A stretch of 64,000 nt of DNA from a virus (IMGVR_UViG_3300020465_001196); one strand, 5' to 3'. Shown: positions 55,540 to 64,000, counted from the stretch's first letter. Notes: a model not told the origin generated them from the sequence alone. Translations and numbers: made by a program.

Positions 55540-56466
55540 TTAGAATGTAAATTTAAAGCCTGTAGAATAACTGTCTGTATCTAAAGTAGATCCAGTATTA
55601 TTTGCGTGTTGATATTCAACATACGTAGATAATTTTCCAGTTACATTGTACGATGCACCGCCAGTATAGTATGAAGAAGAATCTTCAATTTTACCATAAC
55701 CTGCTGATACTGTTAATTTATCAGAGGCTGAATATGAAGCTACTACTTCATTGCCAGTAACATCTGTTGCGGCATCCTTTAACGTGTAAGTATAACCTAC
55801 TGTCATTGGAAGACCAATTGATGAAGCATCTGTTGTAAACCCTACACCATAATAGTTAATGTCATTAACTTTATCGTTAGATATACCACCTGATACCTTT
55901 ACACCTTCGACTTGATATGTTATTGTACCTTCTTGTACATCAACACCATCTTCTCCAGTTGATCCATCAATTTTAGCTAAACCATCAATTGTAATTGGGC
56001 CTAAATTATTTGAATACGCAATTGTATTTGTATCTCTTACAAATAAATTTTGATCTGCGTTCGAACCATAGACTTCAAATACATCTGTATGACCACTTAC
56101 ATTAGATGTAAATGGAGATGCTTGACGGCCTGCTGATAACGATCCAACCATACCAAAGTCTAAACCTACGTAGGCTAGACGAGAGTCTAGTGGATTATTA
56201 TTTGAGTCGTCAGTATCAACACCAAGTTCTAGTTTAGCAAAGCCAGTAATGCCTTCACCAATGCCTTCACTTGCATCAATACCAATCAACGATGAGTTGT
56301 TCTCAGCTTTCATATATGATTTACCAGAGCTATTTTCATCGTTACTTAATTTGTAATTAAACGTTCCGTAAATTTTTGTTTCTACGGCTTCTGCTTCACT
56401 ACAAGCTGTTAACGAAAATATCGCTACTAGCGAACCTATGATTGCTGTGCTTAAAAATTTTCTCAT
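55540..56466 (-). CDS. Gram-negative general porin
   Basis: Signal peptide; IYGTFNY, S.IG....E, FAKLE.G, SRLAYVGL..G.L..GRQ; terminal GFKFTF. Confidence 0.88.
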   Translation of the reverse strand: MRKFLSTAIIGSLVAIFSLTACSEAEAVETKIYGTFNYKLSNDENSSGKSYMKAENNSSLIGIDASEGIGEGITGFAKLELGVDTDDSNNNPLDSRLAYVGLDFGMVGSLSAGRQASPFTSNVSGHTDVFEVYGSNADQNLFVRDTNTIAYSNNLGPITIDGLAKIDGSTGEDGVDVQEGTITYQVEGVKVSGGISNDKVNDINYYGVGFTTDASSIGLPMTVGYTYTLKDAATDVTGNEVVASYSASDKLTVSAGYGKIEDSSSYYTGGASYNVTGKLSTYVEYQHANNTGSTLDTDSYSTGFKFTF

Positions 56467-56586
56467 CTTATTTCTCCTCTTGTAAAATTTCCTCCTTCAA
56501 GGAAATATTCTGAATGGCATTATAGCTCATTCAAAACTAGTATAACGTAAAAGTTGTATTTTGTCAATATATATTGTGGATAATTT

Positions 56587-56832
56587 TTATTCTTCTACTT
56601 TATCTTGTGCTTGATCTAATTCTTTTTCTTTACTTTTTGGTCTAGAATCATCAATAATAGCCTGTTCAATTGTTTTAGGATCAACTTCTCCGTTCTTTAA
56701 TGCTATTAAACAATCTACTACTGTTGGCCTTAATTTCATTCTATACATTTTTGCGGCTAATAATGGTAATTCCATTTGAGATATTTCTGTGGCTTCCATT
56801 ACGTCCTGGGGAAAAACTCTTAGTTCTGACAT
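56587..56832 (-). CDS. Hypothetical protein
   Basis: TATAAATA (56839-56846) with ATG at +7. Confidence 0.55.
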   Translation of the reverse strand: MSELRVFPQDVMEATEISQMELPLLAAKMYRMKLRPTVVDCLIALKNGEVDPKTIEQAIIDDSRPKSKEKELDQAQDKVEE

Positions 56833-56853
56833 TGTTTTTATTTATACAAAAAA

Positions 56854-56929
56854 TGGTGCCGCTTCACGGATTCGAACCGCGGACCTACTGATTACAAATC
56901 AGTTGCTCTACCAACTGAGCTAAAGCGGC
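56854..56929 (-). tRNA. trnT: tRNA-Thr(TGT)
   Basis: GCCGCTT/AAGCGGC, ACTGA-TTTGTAA-TCAGT, TTCGAAT, ends ACCA. Confidence 0.96.
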
Positions 56930-56940
56930 ATTCTTACATA

Positions 56941-56974
56941 TTTATAGGGCAAACTATAAAAGCCGCCCTATAAA
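56941..56974 (-). terminator. Hairpin overlapping the TATAAATA promoter of tRNA-Thr
   Basis: tttatagggc..gccctataaa 10-bp stem. Confidence 0.6.
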
Positions 56975-57008
56975 CTCAATTTGTGTTAAAGTAAATTGTA
57001 AAGAGAGA

Positions 57009-57236
57009 TTACTTTTTACTACCACGGCTTGAAAGCCAATATATAACACCAATTGCGATAAGTCCTACTACACCTGCATCACCAAGTGATCCAATAAGTG
57101 CAACAAGATTACCTACGACATCTGCTGGGAAAAACGGAACTGCTCCGAATACCACTTGCAATACGATGCCAAGTAGTAAAAATGTTAATGCCACGTCAGT
57201 TAGACTAGCAAGTAACGATTTAATTTTATCAAGCAT
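57009..57236 (-). CDS. Small multi-TM protein
   Basis: 75 aa, very hydrophobic; RBS and TTGACA-N17-TATTAT promoter. Confidence 0.65.
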   Translation of the reverse strand: MLDKIKSLLASLTDVALTFLLLGIVLQVVFGAVPFFPADVVGNLVALIGSLGDAGVVGLIAIGVIYWLSSRGSKK

Positions 57237-57385
57237 AATACTCCTCCTTGATAGTTGTTAAGAACTTCTTATTCTTGATCATGCTTATATAATACGTTAA
57301 AATGTTTATTCTGTCAATAGAATAATCACATAAAATAAATTTTATGGCCTATATGTCCTAATTTATAAATGAAAACTTAGATATA

Positions 57386-59101
57386 TTATTTTTTTAAACC
57401 ACGTCTAACCATTTGCATTACACCTGGTTTTGTTATAATGCTGGCCAATTTAATAACAACATCTACAACATCATCTTTGTATGTTATTGATAAATCTTTG
57501 CCTTTTGAAAGTGTACGCATAGCAGTTTTAAATCTTGATACTTTGTTTGACGGTACTAAACCTTGTCTTGCAAGATAATCTAATTTTGCTAAATCTTCTC
57601 TGCTGATTGATTCATGTATTACGTTTGCAAAGTCTACAAAGTCAGTGTACTTACCTGCTGTCATCATATTAACCAGTTTAGCTCTTTTAGAAGGATCTGC
57701 TAATGCTGTACCAATTTTATTTAATATTGGTGCCAATTCTGCTTCTTCTGGTGGTGTTAAGGGTTTTAAATTACCTGGTTTAAGTTTGTCTAATGCTTTT
57801 ACGGCTTTGCCTGTAGCATCTGGATTTAATTTTTTAATTTGTGCTAATGTTGGATCTTGTTTTTTCTCTGCATCTTGATCTGCTGTTGTTTGTGTTGTAT
57901 CAGTTTGATCAGTTGGTGCTGGTGCTTTTACACCCATTTGTCCTGCTTCTTTTCTTTGTACAAAATCTGTAATTGCTGTTGTTGAATTCGCTAACAATTG
58001 ATTTACATCGTTTTGTGTAAGTTCCATTTGATGATTTTTTCTAAACCACTCTATAATATTTTTTGAATCTAATGCATTATTTTTTACAAGATCAAATACT
58101 GTTTGACTACCTTGTGGAGTACCATCTGGTTTAAAAGTGTTAGTGTACTCTGCTGGTTCAATTGTTATGTTGTGATTTTTTTGAAACCACTTTGCTGATG
58201 TTTCAGGACTAGCATTTTTTCCAACACTTGCTATAAATCCTTTAAGCTCTCTGTTTATGTTAGTTGCTTGGCTTCCTGAAGTATATTCTGCCCAATTTTT
58301 TGCAATTTTATTTGCTTCAACACCGGTGTTTAATCTACCTTGTGCTTTTCTTGAACCAAACATTGATCCTAACGTGTTTAATGCTTTTTGTGTTCTACTA
58401 AAAGGTTGTGCTTGTTTCTTTTGAAAAGGTGCTTCTGTAAGTATACCTAAATCATAAATTCTATCTGCAATCCATTCATCTGGCATTCCAGTTCTTGCTT
58501 TCATAATACCATATGGCATTTCGCCTGAGTTTGCAAAGTAATTAAACAAATCATCATAAACATCTGAACCATATTCGATATCGTCTATACTTGTAATATT
58601 ATGTTTGTTTAAAATTGCTCTAACTTCATCTTGTTCTGATGCTTCAAACTTACTTCTTAATCTATTATTTTCTTCATCAAAATCTTCTGAGTTCATAAAG
58701 TCTTCCCAAGTAGGATACATTTTTTGATACTCATCATTGTTGTAATAAATTTCTTTTGCAAGTTCTTCTTTAGCACCTCTATCTGATCTTAAAGGATCAA
58801 CTGACTCATCTTTAATTAAATCCATTTGATGCTTTTGTAATTCTTCCATAGAATCAAACTCACCTGTTAGTTTACCATGTCTATATGATCTAAACTTGCC
58901 ACCAAACTTTGTTGCCGCTAAACCATATTTGTTCATGCCCATATCACCTGGACCATCTTCTTGTGATTCTTTTTTAGGTTTACCGTGTTTGTTATGTTGA
59001 GCCCAAGCAATAGCATAGGCTATTGATTTATCGTCAAACTTTTTTTTAAGTTTCTTTACTTGCTTTTCTCTTCCTGGAGGTGCAACTTCGTGGATACGCA
59101 T
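57386..59101 (-). CDS. Modular probable internal-head polyprotein
   Basis: MRIHEV start; unrelated modules separated by (I/L)xE-like sites. Confidence 0.55.
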   Translation of the reverse strand: MRIHEVAPPGREKQVKKLKKKFDDKSIAYAIAWAQHNKHGKPKKESQEDGPGDMGMNKYGLAATKFGGKFRSYRHGKLTGEFDSMEELQKHQMDLIKDESVDPLRSDRGAKEELAKEIYYNNDEYQKMYPTWEDFMNSEDFDEENNRLRSKFEASEQDEVRAILNKHNITSIDDIEYGSDVYDDLFNYFANSGEMPYGIMKARTGMPDEWIADRIYDLGILTEAPFQKKQAQPFSRTQKALNTLGSMFGSRKAQGRLNTGVEANKIAKNWAEYTSGSQATNINRELKGFIASVGKNASPETSAKWFQKNHNITIEPAEYTNTFKPDGTPQGSQTVFDLVKNNALDSKNIIEWFRKNHQMELTQNDVNQLLANSTTAITDFVQRKEAGQMGVKAPAPTDQTDTTQTTADQDAEKKQDPTLAQIKKLNPDATGKAVKALDKLKPGNLKPLTPPEEAELAPILNKIGTALADPSKRAKLVNMMTAGKYTDFVDFANVIHESISREDLAKLDYLARQGLVPSNKVSRFKTAMRTLSKGKDLSITYKDDVVDVVIKLASIITKPGVMQMVRRGLKK

Positions 59102-59105
59102 GGCG

Positions 59106-59624
59106 TTACTCCGACTCGTTTGCTCGTTTTAAAGCGTTCGCTACACTTGGATGACTTGCTAAACCTTTAGCAATTTTTTCAATGGCCGCGTGTGCTCCTG
59201 AATAATTACCTTGCTTAAATCTAGGATCATTTAAAATACCAAATGCCATTTTAATTTCTTTATCTGAGAAACCTGCATTATCTTGAGTTTCATCTGGACC
59301 ATCATATTCTTTAACTTCTTTATCTTGTGGTTCTTCTGGTTGTACTACTATTGCAACTGGTGTTTCTTTTTCATTTTCTTTCTTTTCATCGTCCCAAAAC
59401 ATTTCCCAGTGACGTTTTTTTAAACCATCAGCCATTAAATCAAACATTTCGTAACTGTCATTGTGGCTTGATGCAAATTCACGAGCTAATTGATTAATTA
59501 CTTCATGATAATGTTCACCTGCTTTTACTCTAGTAATCATAGATTGAGTAGCATTATCGTAATAATCTTTAAAATTTTGTAATGATGCTGTTTGCTCTGG
59601 TTTAAATAACTCGTTTAATTTCAT
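59106..59624 (-). CDS. Probable internal-head protein
   Basis: MKLNELF start. Confidence 0.5.
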   Translation of the reverse strand: MKLNELFKPEQTASLQNFKDYYDNATQSMITRVKAGEHYHEVINQLAREFASSHNDSYEMFDLMADGLKKRHWEMFWDDEKKENEKETPVAIVVQPEEPQDKEVKEYDGPDETQDNAGFSDKEIKMAFGILNDPRFKQGNYSGAHAAIEKIAKGLASHPSVANALKRANESE

Positions 59625-59658
59625 AGTATGTGTTTCCTTGTAAATATTTATCTTTTTT

Positions 59659-59910
59659 TTATCTTTTTATCATTGGATAGATATCTTTAACTTTTGTTTT
59701 ATAAGACAACATATCTGGGCTATAACCCATTTTATATATTTCTTTACGTTTTTTACGTGAATTTTTAAATATTTTACCCATTGGATCAACTGCTTTAATA
59801 GCCTGTGCGTGTGTTGTACCCGGTGTCATTGGAAAACTTAAAGCGGCAATGTTACCACTTCCTGTTGCTCCAGCTGATGGTTCTTCATTTATAATATCAC
59901 GAATACGCAT
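59659..59910 (-). CDS. Probable internal-head protein
   Basis: MRIRDIINEE..GATGSGNIA; start moved. Confidence 0.5.
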   Translation of the reverse strand: MRIRDIINEEPSAGATGSGNIAALSFPMTPGTTHAQAIKAVDPMGKIFKNSRKKRKEIYKMGYSPDMLSYKTKVKDIYPMIKR

Positions 59911-59911
59911 A

Positions 59912-60301
59912 TTACCACTTTCTACACGACCAATATCTTGCTTTTGTCTTTGGACCTGGATTATCACAGTTATGTCTAGCACGGAAACTTTTACGTGCTT
60001 TAGGATTAGACTTTCTAATCTTCATAGTCTTTTCACCTTTTCTTTTAGCACTTGTTCCACCGTGACCAAAATTTACTTTTTTAACATTACCAGTTTTTGG
60101 ATCTTTAACATATACTTTAAACTTTGCAACATCACCACGTGTTGGTTTGTTTAGTTTAACTGTTCTGCCTTGGTATTCTGCTTCAAATGTATTACTTTCG
60201 TCTATACTGTATGCAAGGTAGCCAAAGTAATCATGAAAATCACCATGTACTGTAACTTCATTTTCATTTATTTGTTCAAATAATACGTCATCAATTTTCA
60301 T
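59912..60301 (-). CDS. Basic conserved phage protein, probably packaged
   Basis: MKIDDVLFEQINE; EAEYQGR.V.LNKP; KF.VYVKDPKTG; RHNCD..YWSC. Confidence 0.6.
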   Translation of the reverse strand: MKIDDVLFEQINENEVTVHGDFHDYFGYLAYSIDESNTFEAEYQGRTVKLNKPTRGDVAKFKVYVKDPKTGNVKKVNFGHGGTSAKRKGEKTMKIRKSNPKARKSFRARHNCDNPGPKTKARYWSCRKW

Positions 60302-60302
60302 A

Positions 60303-60593
60303 TTATACCTCTATGCCTTTCTTTTGCTTTTTTGAATTTTCAATATCTTGTAGCATTTTTAAGAGCTTTTCACCAACATCTTTAAATTCTTTGTATTTAG
60401 GATCGTTGATAACTTTATCGCTTAAAAATTCATCCATAAAATTAAAATTTTGTGGTAAATCATCTGGCCATGCTTTAGATGGAAGTACAAATGAACCCAT
60501 TGCTAATGCTCCAGCTGTTGCCGCCGCTGTTTTACCCATACGTTTCATAAAATCACGTCTGTCATTTTCTGTTATGATATCAAATATACGCAT
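60303..60593 (-). CDS. Probable internal-head protein with a twin-arginine-like motif
   Basis: MRIFDIITE followed by NDRRDFMK, a hydrophobic stretch and SKA. Confidence 0.5.
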   Translation of the reverse strand: MRIFDIITENDRRDFMKRMGKTAAATAGALAMGSFVLPSKAWPDDLPQNFNFMDEFLSDKVINDPKYKEFKDVGEKLLKMLQDIENSKKQKKGIEV

Positions 60594-60597
60594 AATA

Positions 60598-61536
60598 CTA
60601 TTTAGTTCTTCCTGACTTCATGTTAGCACACCAGTGATACATCTTTGCTTTTTCACCTGATGCTTTTTTAGCCTTTGCTCTTAGGCTTGTAACTGATCCT
60701 TTGCAACTTGCACCAGAACGTTTTACTCTGCCAGGACGTGATTTACCTTTTTTCTTGCCGTCTGCAAAGTTTTCATTTAGATGTTGCTCTGATATATCTA
60801 AAAACGGAAAAACTTTTAATGCAAGATCTATTCCTGATACATGATCAGATGGATAATGGAACCCTGCTTGTATTCTCCCCATACCAATTTTTTCTGCTAT
60901 TTCTAAAAATTTTTCTTTATGACTAGGATGTTGTTTTGATAAAAATTCAGCAACTATTCTAGCACCACAACTATGTCCACTTGGATATGCTGGTGTTTTA
61001 TTACTTTCACCGTATAGTGTATCAAATTCCATATTGTATACTTCTGCCATTTGATATGGTCTTGGTCTATTATATTTGTTTTTAAATGTTCTAGTTATTT
61101 TCCAAACGTCTTCAATTATTGCTGATATTTCACTTGATCTATAATCTAAATTATTTGTGTTTAAATATTCTCTAAAGTGAAATGCATCCATCATATCTGA
61201 TGCTGATACAGAGTTTTCATCTTCTTGTGTTCTTTTTTCTTGTATGTTTGTAATTGTAACTAATTCATTTTTTGTAGTTTCACTATTATTACTTGGTGGA
61301 TTTTCTAATTCAACTTTTTCCCAACCTTCTTTAAAATGATGTTGTTTATATGCTTCAACTTTTTTATTAGACTCTTTCATTTGATCACTATTAAAGTAAC
61401 CCATACTATTCATTTCTGATTCTTTAATGCTTTCCTTTTTAACACAATTTGGTACACGTTTACCAAACATAGTTTTCATGCCCTTCTTTTGGTAACCGGG
61501 CCAGCATTTTTCATTTATTATATCTGCATATCTCAT
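60598..61536 (-). CDS. PAP2/acid phosphatase flanked by virion-type modules
   Basis: KYNRPRP, PAYPSGH, RIQAGFHYPSD; N-terminal MRYADIINE-KCWPGY module. Confidence 0.8.
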   Translation of the reverse strand: MRYADIINEKCWPGYQKKGMKTMFGKRVPNCVKKESIKESEMNSMGYFNSDQMKESNKKVEAYKQHHFKEGWEKVELENPPSNNSETTKNELVTITNIQEKRTQEDENSVSASDMMDAFHFREYLNTNNLDYRSSEISAIIEDVWKITRTFKNKYNRPRPYQMAEVYNMEFDTLYGESNKTPAYPSGHSCGARIVAEFLSKQHPSHKEKFLEIAEKIGMGRIQAGFHYPSDHVSGIDLALKVFPFLDISEQHLNENFADGKKKGKSRPGRVKRSGASCKGSVTSLRAKAKKASGEKAKMYHWCANMKSGRTK

Positions 61537-61835
61537 TTTTTGTACTTGTTGCTAACGTTCTTAGCTTTACCTTTTCTATTTGCGTTAGAATCTTTTCTAC
61601 GTTTTCTATTTACTGCTTGGGCTATTGCTTTCTTACCACCTTTAGCTCTTAATGAAGCCGCTCTTGACTTTGATAAGCATTTAGGTTTACCTTCACCAGG
61701 TTTTTTATCACCACACTTACCAATACGTTCGCCTTTGGTATTATAACGATCCCAGCCTCCGCCTCCGGCACCACCTTTTTTACCTTTACCAAACCAAGCT
61801 CTTAGATCTTCATTTATAATATCACTTATCTTCAT
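61533..61835 (-). CDS. Basic probable internal-head protein
   Basis: MKISDIINE-DLRAWF..GW..CG..KPKC. Confidence 0.55.
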   Translation of the reverse strand: MKISDIINEDLRAWFGKGKKGGAGGGGWDRYNTKGERIGKCGDKKPGEGKPKCLSKSRAASLRAKGGKKAIAQAVNRKRRKDSNANRKGKAKNVSNKYKK

Positions 61836-62026
61836 TACTTCTTACTCTTGTTTCCCCAATTTTTTGCACCAACTTTTCTGCATCTTACTAGAGCACCGCT
61901 GGCATAAGCTGAAGGCCAAACTTTGTATCTTGACTTAACTTTGTGATAACAAGCATCTTGTTTTTCAGCAAGTTTATCAAATTCAGCTTCAGTAATTGCT
62001 TTTGTTTTGATTTCATTTATTCTCAT
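61835..62026 (-). CDS. Basic probable internal-head protein
   Basis: MRINEI..ITE; DACYHKVK.RY.VWPSAYASGALV.CRK. Confidence 0.55.
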   Translation of the reverse strand: MRINEIKTKAITEAEFDKLAEKQDACYHKVKSRYKVWPSAYASGALVRCRKVGAKNWGNKSKK

Positions 62027-62664
62027 TTGCCTATCCTCATATTAATTTGATCCCAATCAATAATTGTCATCATTGCTTTAATATATTTTGCTTTTGCATC
62101 TTTGGCAGGAATATAATCTGTAAAACTATGTTCCCACATATCAATTGGCATCAATATATCTGTTTTATAACTTTGATTTGGTGTAGTTTTAATTAAACCT
62201 GTTTTATTTAAATACACCCAACCACTACCTTGTATTGTCATTGCTGATTTAACCATTTCATCAATCATTGTGTTTAAATCACCAAATCTATCTTCAATAA
62301 GATCTTTTATAGCACCATCTGGTTTTGAACCATCTGCTTTTTGTAATTGTTCCCAAAACAAATTATGTAGCATAGCACCGCCATAATTAAAATCTGTATC
62401 ACCTTCTTTATTGTTATATCTTGTTACATATCCGTTTGACAATACGTTGTAATGATATTCTACGTTGTCTTTTGATAATACTGGTGCAAGGTCACTTGTC
62501 TTGTATGCTAATTTTGTTAATTCTAATTTATTTGGTTTTGATTCGTTCATAGAAAACCTCATTCTTTCTAAATATCGTTGCGACATCATTTGTTCTATAC
62601 TTTGTGTTGTTGTAAATTTTTCTTCACCAATACCTGCTAATTTTTTTAATCTTGCTATATCCAT
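62023..62664 (-). CDS. sod: Fe/Mn superoxide dismutase with an N-terminal extension
   Basis: EYHY..GYV, HNLFW, GSGWVYL, DMWEH. Confidence 0.88.
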   Translation of the reverse strand: MDIARLKKLAGIGEEKFTTTQSIEQMMSQRYLERMRFSMNESKPNKLELTKLAYKTSDLAPVLSKDNVEYHYNVLSNGYVTRYNNKEGDTDFNYGGAMLHNLFWEQLQKADGSKPDGAIKDLIEDRFGDLNTMIDEMVKSAMTIQGSGWVYLNKTGLIKTTPNQSYKTDILMPIDMWEHSFTDYIPAKDAKAKYIKAMMTIIDWDQINMRIGK

Positions 62665-62667
62665 GTC

Positions 62668-64000
62668 TTAATCAATATAAAGTTGTGGACTTGCTGAAGC
62701 ATTGGCATCATTCCAATCAATCCCACCTATAACTTTAATCCCTTGTTGTACAAATCCTTCAGTAGCTCTTATGATTTTATATTCTAAAGATTGTGCATTA
62801 AACACCATAATATTAAACGGTGTTTGCTTTCCACTTGCATCTTTTTTACCATCACTGTCAGCGTAACTTTCATACAATAATTCAACTATTACTTTAACTG
62901 CGGTATCATTAAGTTGACCGTTTGTTACTATAGACTCTATTCTTGAATCAAAGTCTTTAATCGCTGTATGATTTTGAATCATTGCTTTCCATAAGGTTAA
63001 CATGAAGTCTTTCATTTTTACATCTCTATCATTTACATCTTGAATATTACTAGCAATAAGGTTATTAATGTTTTGTATTCCTTTTGCATTCCAATTTAGT
63101 TCTAATAATTTTGTTCCTGATAGATATGATTTAAGTAGTTGACTGCCAAGATTTGTAGTTATCCATTGTTTAATAACATTTCTACCTGTTGTAGGTTTAC
63201 TTACATCTTTACCGTTCATTCTTCCACCGGATTTAGCAGATTTACCTGCAGGGTTTCTTGTTTTAGCACCTTTAAGTTCATAAAGTACTCCGCCAACATT
63301 TAAATCTCCAACTTCACCTTTAATAATTGGATTACCAAACATAGTAAGAGCAACTTCTCCAGGACCCATGTTATGACCTGTTCCTGGTGGGCTGTAAGGA
63401 AATACATCTGTCTTAATTGCATCAAATACTGCTTTATACTCTGCACCAACATATCTTTCAATGTTTCCAGCATCAACACTGACCAACGACTGCATATCAA
63501 TTACTTTACCATCTTCTGCATCTTGTAAAAATTTAGTTAAATTTTCTTTTGTAATATTTTTCTTAACTAAAACTTCTGTTGTAAAACTACCTTTAAATCT
63601 ATTTGTGATTTCCCTTTGAATTACTCTATTACCACTTGCTTTGGAAGCCAATCTCATTATGTCTTCATCTAATCCTGCAAACCAATCTGAAACTTCACCT
63701 GCACCAGCATCTTTACCTGCTTTATGAATCATGTCAACATCTTTTTTTACATTTTGTGGTAAGATATTTTTAATATAATTTTCTGCTTGATCAATTGACG
63801 CAACAATTTTATTTTGTAAAAGAAACTGTCCACATTTATTCATATCTATTTTACACATATGAGCAATCATTTGTTGCATTTGTTCAAGTGATGCCATTGA
63901 TATTTGTTCAGCATCTTCTGTTTGTGGCGGTTGCTGTCCTGTGATATTTTTATATGCAACTGCTACTTTGTTAGCCAATGCTTTAAGATAGTTGGCAATT
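62668..64000 (-). CDS. Large protein, 5' end beyond the window; possible PD-(D/E)xK-like domain
   Basis: Frame open to the window edge; GEVALTMF..GDLNVGGVLYELKG. Confidence 0.5.
   Translation of the reverse strand, partial: IANYLKALANKVAVAYKNITGQQPPQTEDAEQISMASLEQMQQMIAHMCKIDMNKCGQFLLQNKIVASIDQAENYIKNILPQNVKKDVDMIHKAGKDAGAGEVSDWFAGLDEDIMRLASKASGNRVIQREITNRFKGSFTTEVLVKKNITKENLTKFLQDAEDGKVIDMQSLVSVDAGNIERYVGAEYKAVFDAIKTDVFPYSPPGTGHNMGPGEVALTMFGNPIIKGEVGDLNVGGVLYELKGAKTRNPAGKSAKSGGRMNGKDVSKPTTGRNVIKQWITTNLGSQLLKSYLSGTKLLELNWNAKGIQNINNLIASNIQDVNDRDVKMKDFMLTLWKAMIQNHTAIKDFDSRIESIVTNGQLNDTAVKVIVELLYESYADSDGKKDASGKQTPFNIMVFNAQSLEYKIIRATEGFVQQGIKVIGGIDWNDANASASPQLYID

Larger units (their letters stand above)
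6154..60604 (-). promoter_or_regulatory. Recurrent late-type promoter motif (TA)TAAATA
   Basis: Instances at 6154, 6552, 8490, 27902, 41580, 43375, 44366, 50621, 50721, 56839, 56939 and 60599, each just upstream of a gene or RNA; resembles the T4 gp55 TATAAATA. Confidence 0.7.

Noticed and set aside
762-62671. All plus-strand ORFs in the track, plus short alternative-frame minus ORFs such as 1465-1668, 23492-23677, 33909-34106, 54355-54537 and 63300-63500
   Set aside because: They lie wholly within longer motif-bearing minus-strand genes, lack RBS or promoters and show no protein motifs; they are shadow frames
1-64000. Bacterial chromosome or prophage origin
   Set aside because: Host-like genes are isolated from their usual operons and interleaved with T4-like polB, clamp, clamp loader, RNase H and virion genes on one strand; no integrase or att site seen

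Overview
A 64-kb, AT-rich segment of a large T4-like/jumbo myovirus genome. Every credible gene is on the minus strand; the plus-strand ORFs are antisense shadows. Host-like genes (ClpA, Hfq, porin, DUF4170-like protein, bL33 ending KKLPPHSK) point to a marine alphaproteobacterial host, possibly SAR11 (inference). By coordinate: tail-fibre/structural genes and an S8 protease (1-9 kb); endolysin, 7-deazaguanine genes (DpdL-like, DpdA/TGT-like), sliding clamp and family B DNA polymerase (9-19 kb); ClpA, peptide deformylase, DnaJ, a spanin-lipase-membrane protein cassette, IF1, glutaredoxin and DegP (20-29 kb); RNase H, QueE, PRTase, HIT, FolE, glycosyltransferase, clamp loader, GroES and a DnaE fragment (30-42 kb); IscA, H1-like protein, Hfq, PepA, SufS, bL33, ferredoxin, UvsE, RpiB, porin and four dispersed tRNAs (43-57 kb); and a block of probable internal-head proteins sharing an N-terminal motif, with PAP2 and SOD cargo (57-64 kb). 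The standout is an RNA-processing system absent from the ORF track. A ~156-nt miniature RNase P RNA (52061-52216) has its own sigma70 promoter and ends 4 nt before tRNA-Ala. A complete tRNA-Trp(CCA) is nested in frame inside a protein-coding gene (48365-48440). A phage Hfq is followed by a ~200-nt structured RNA candidate. All family calls are by motif recognition; no database searches were run.
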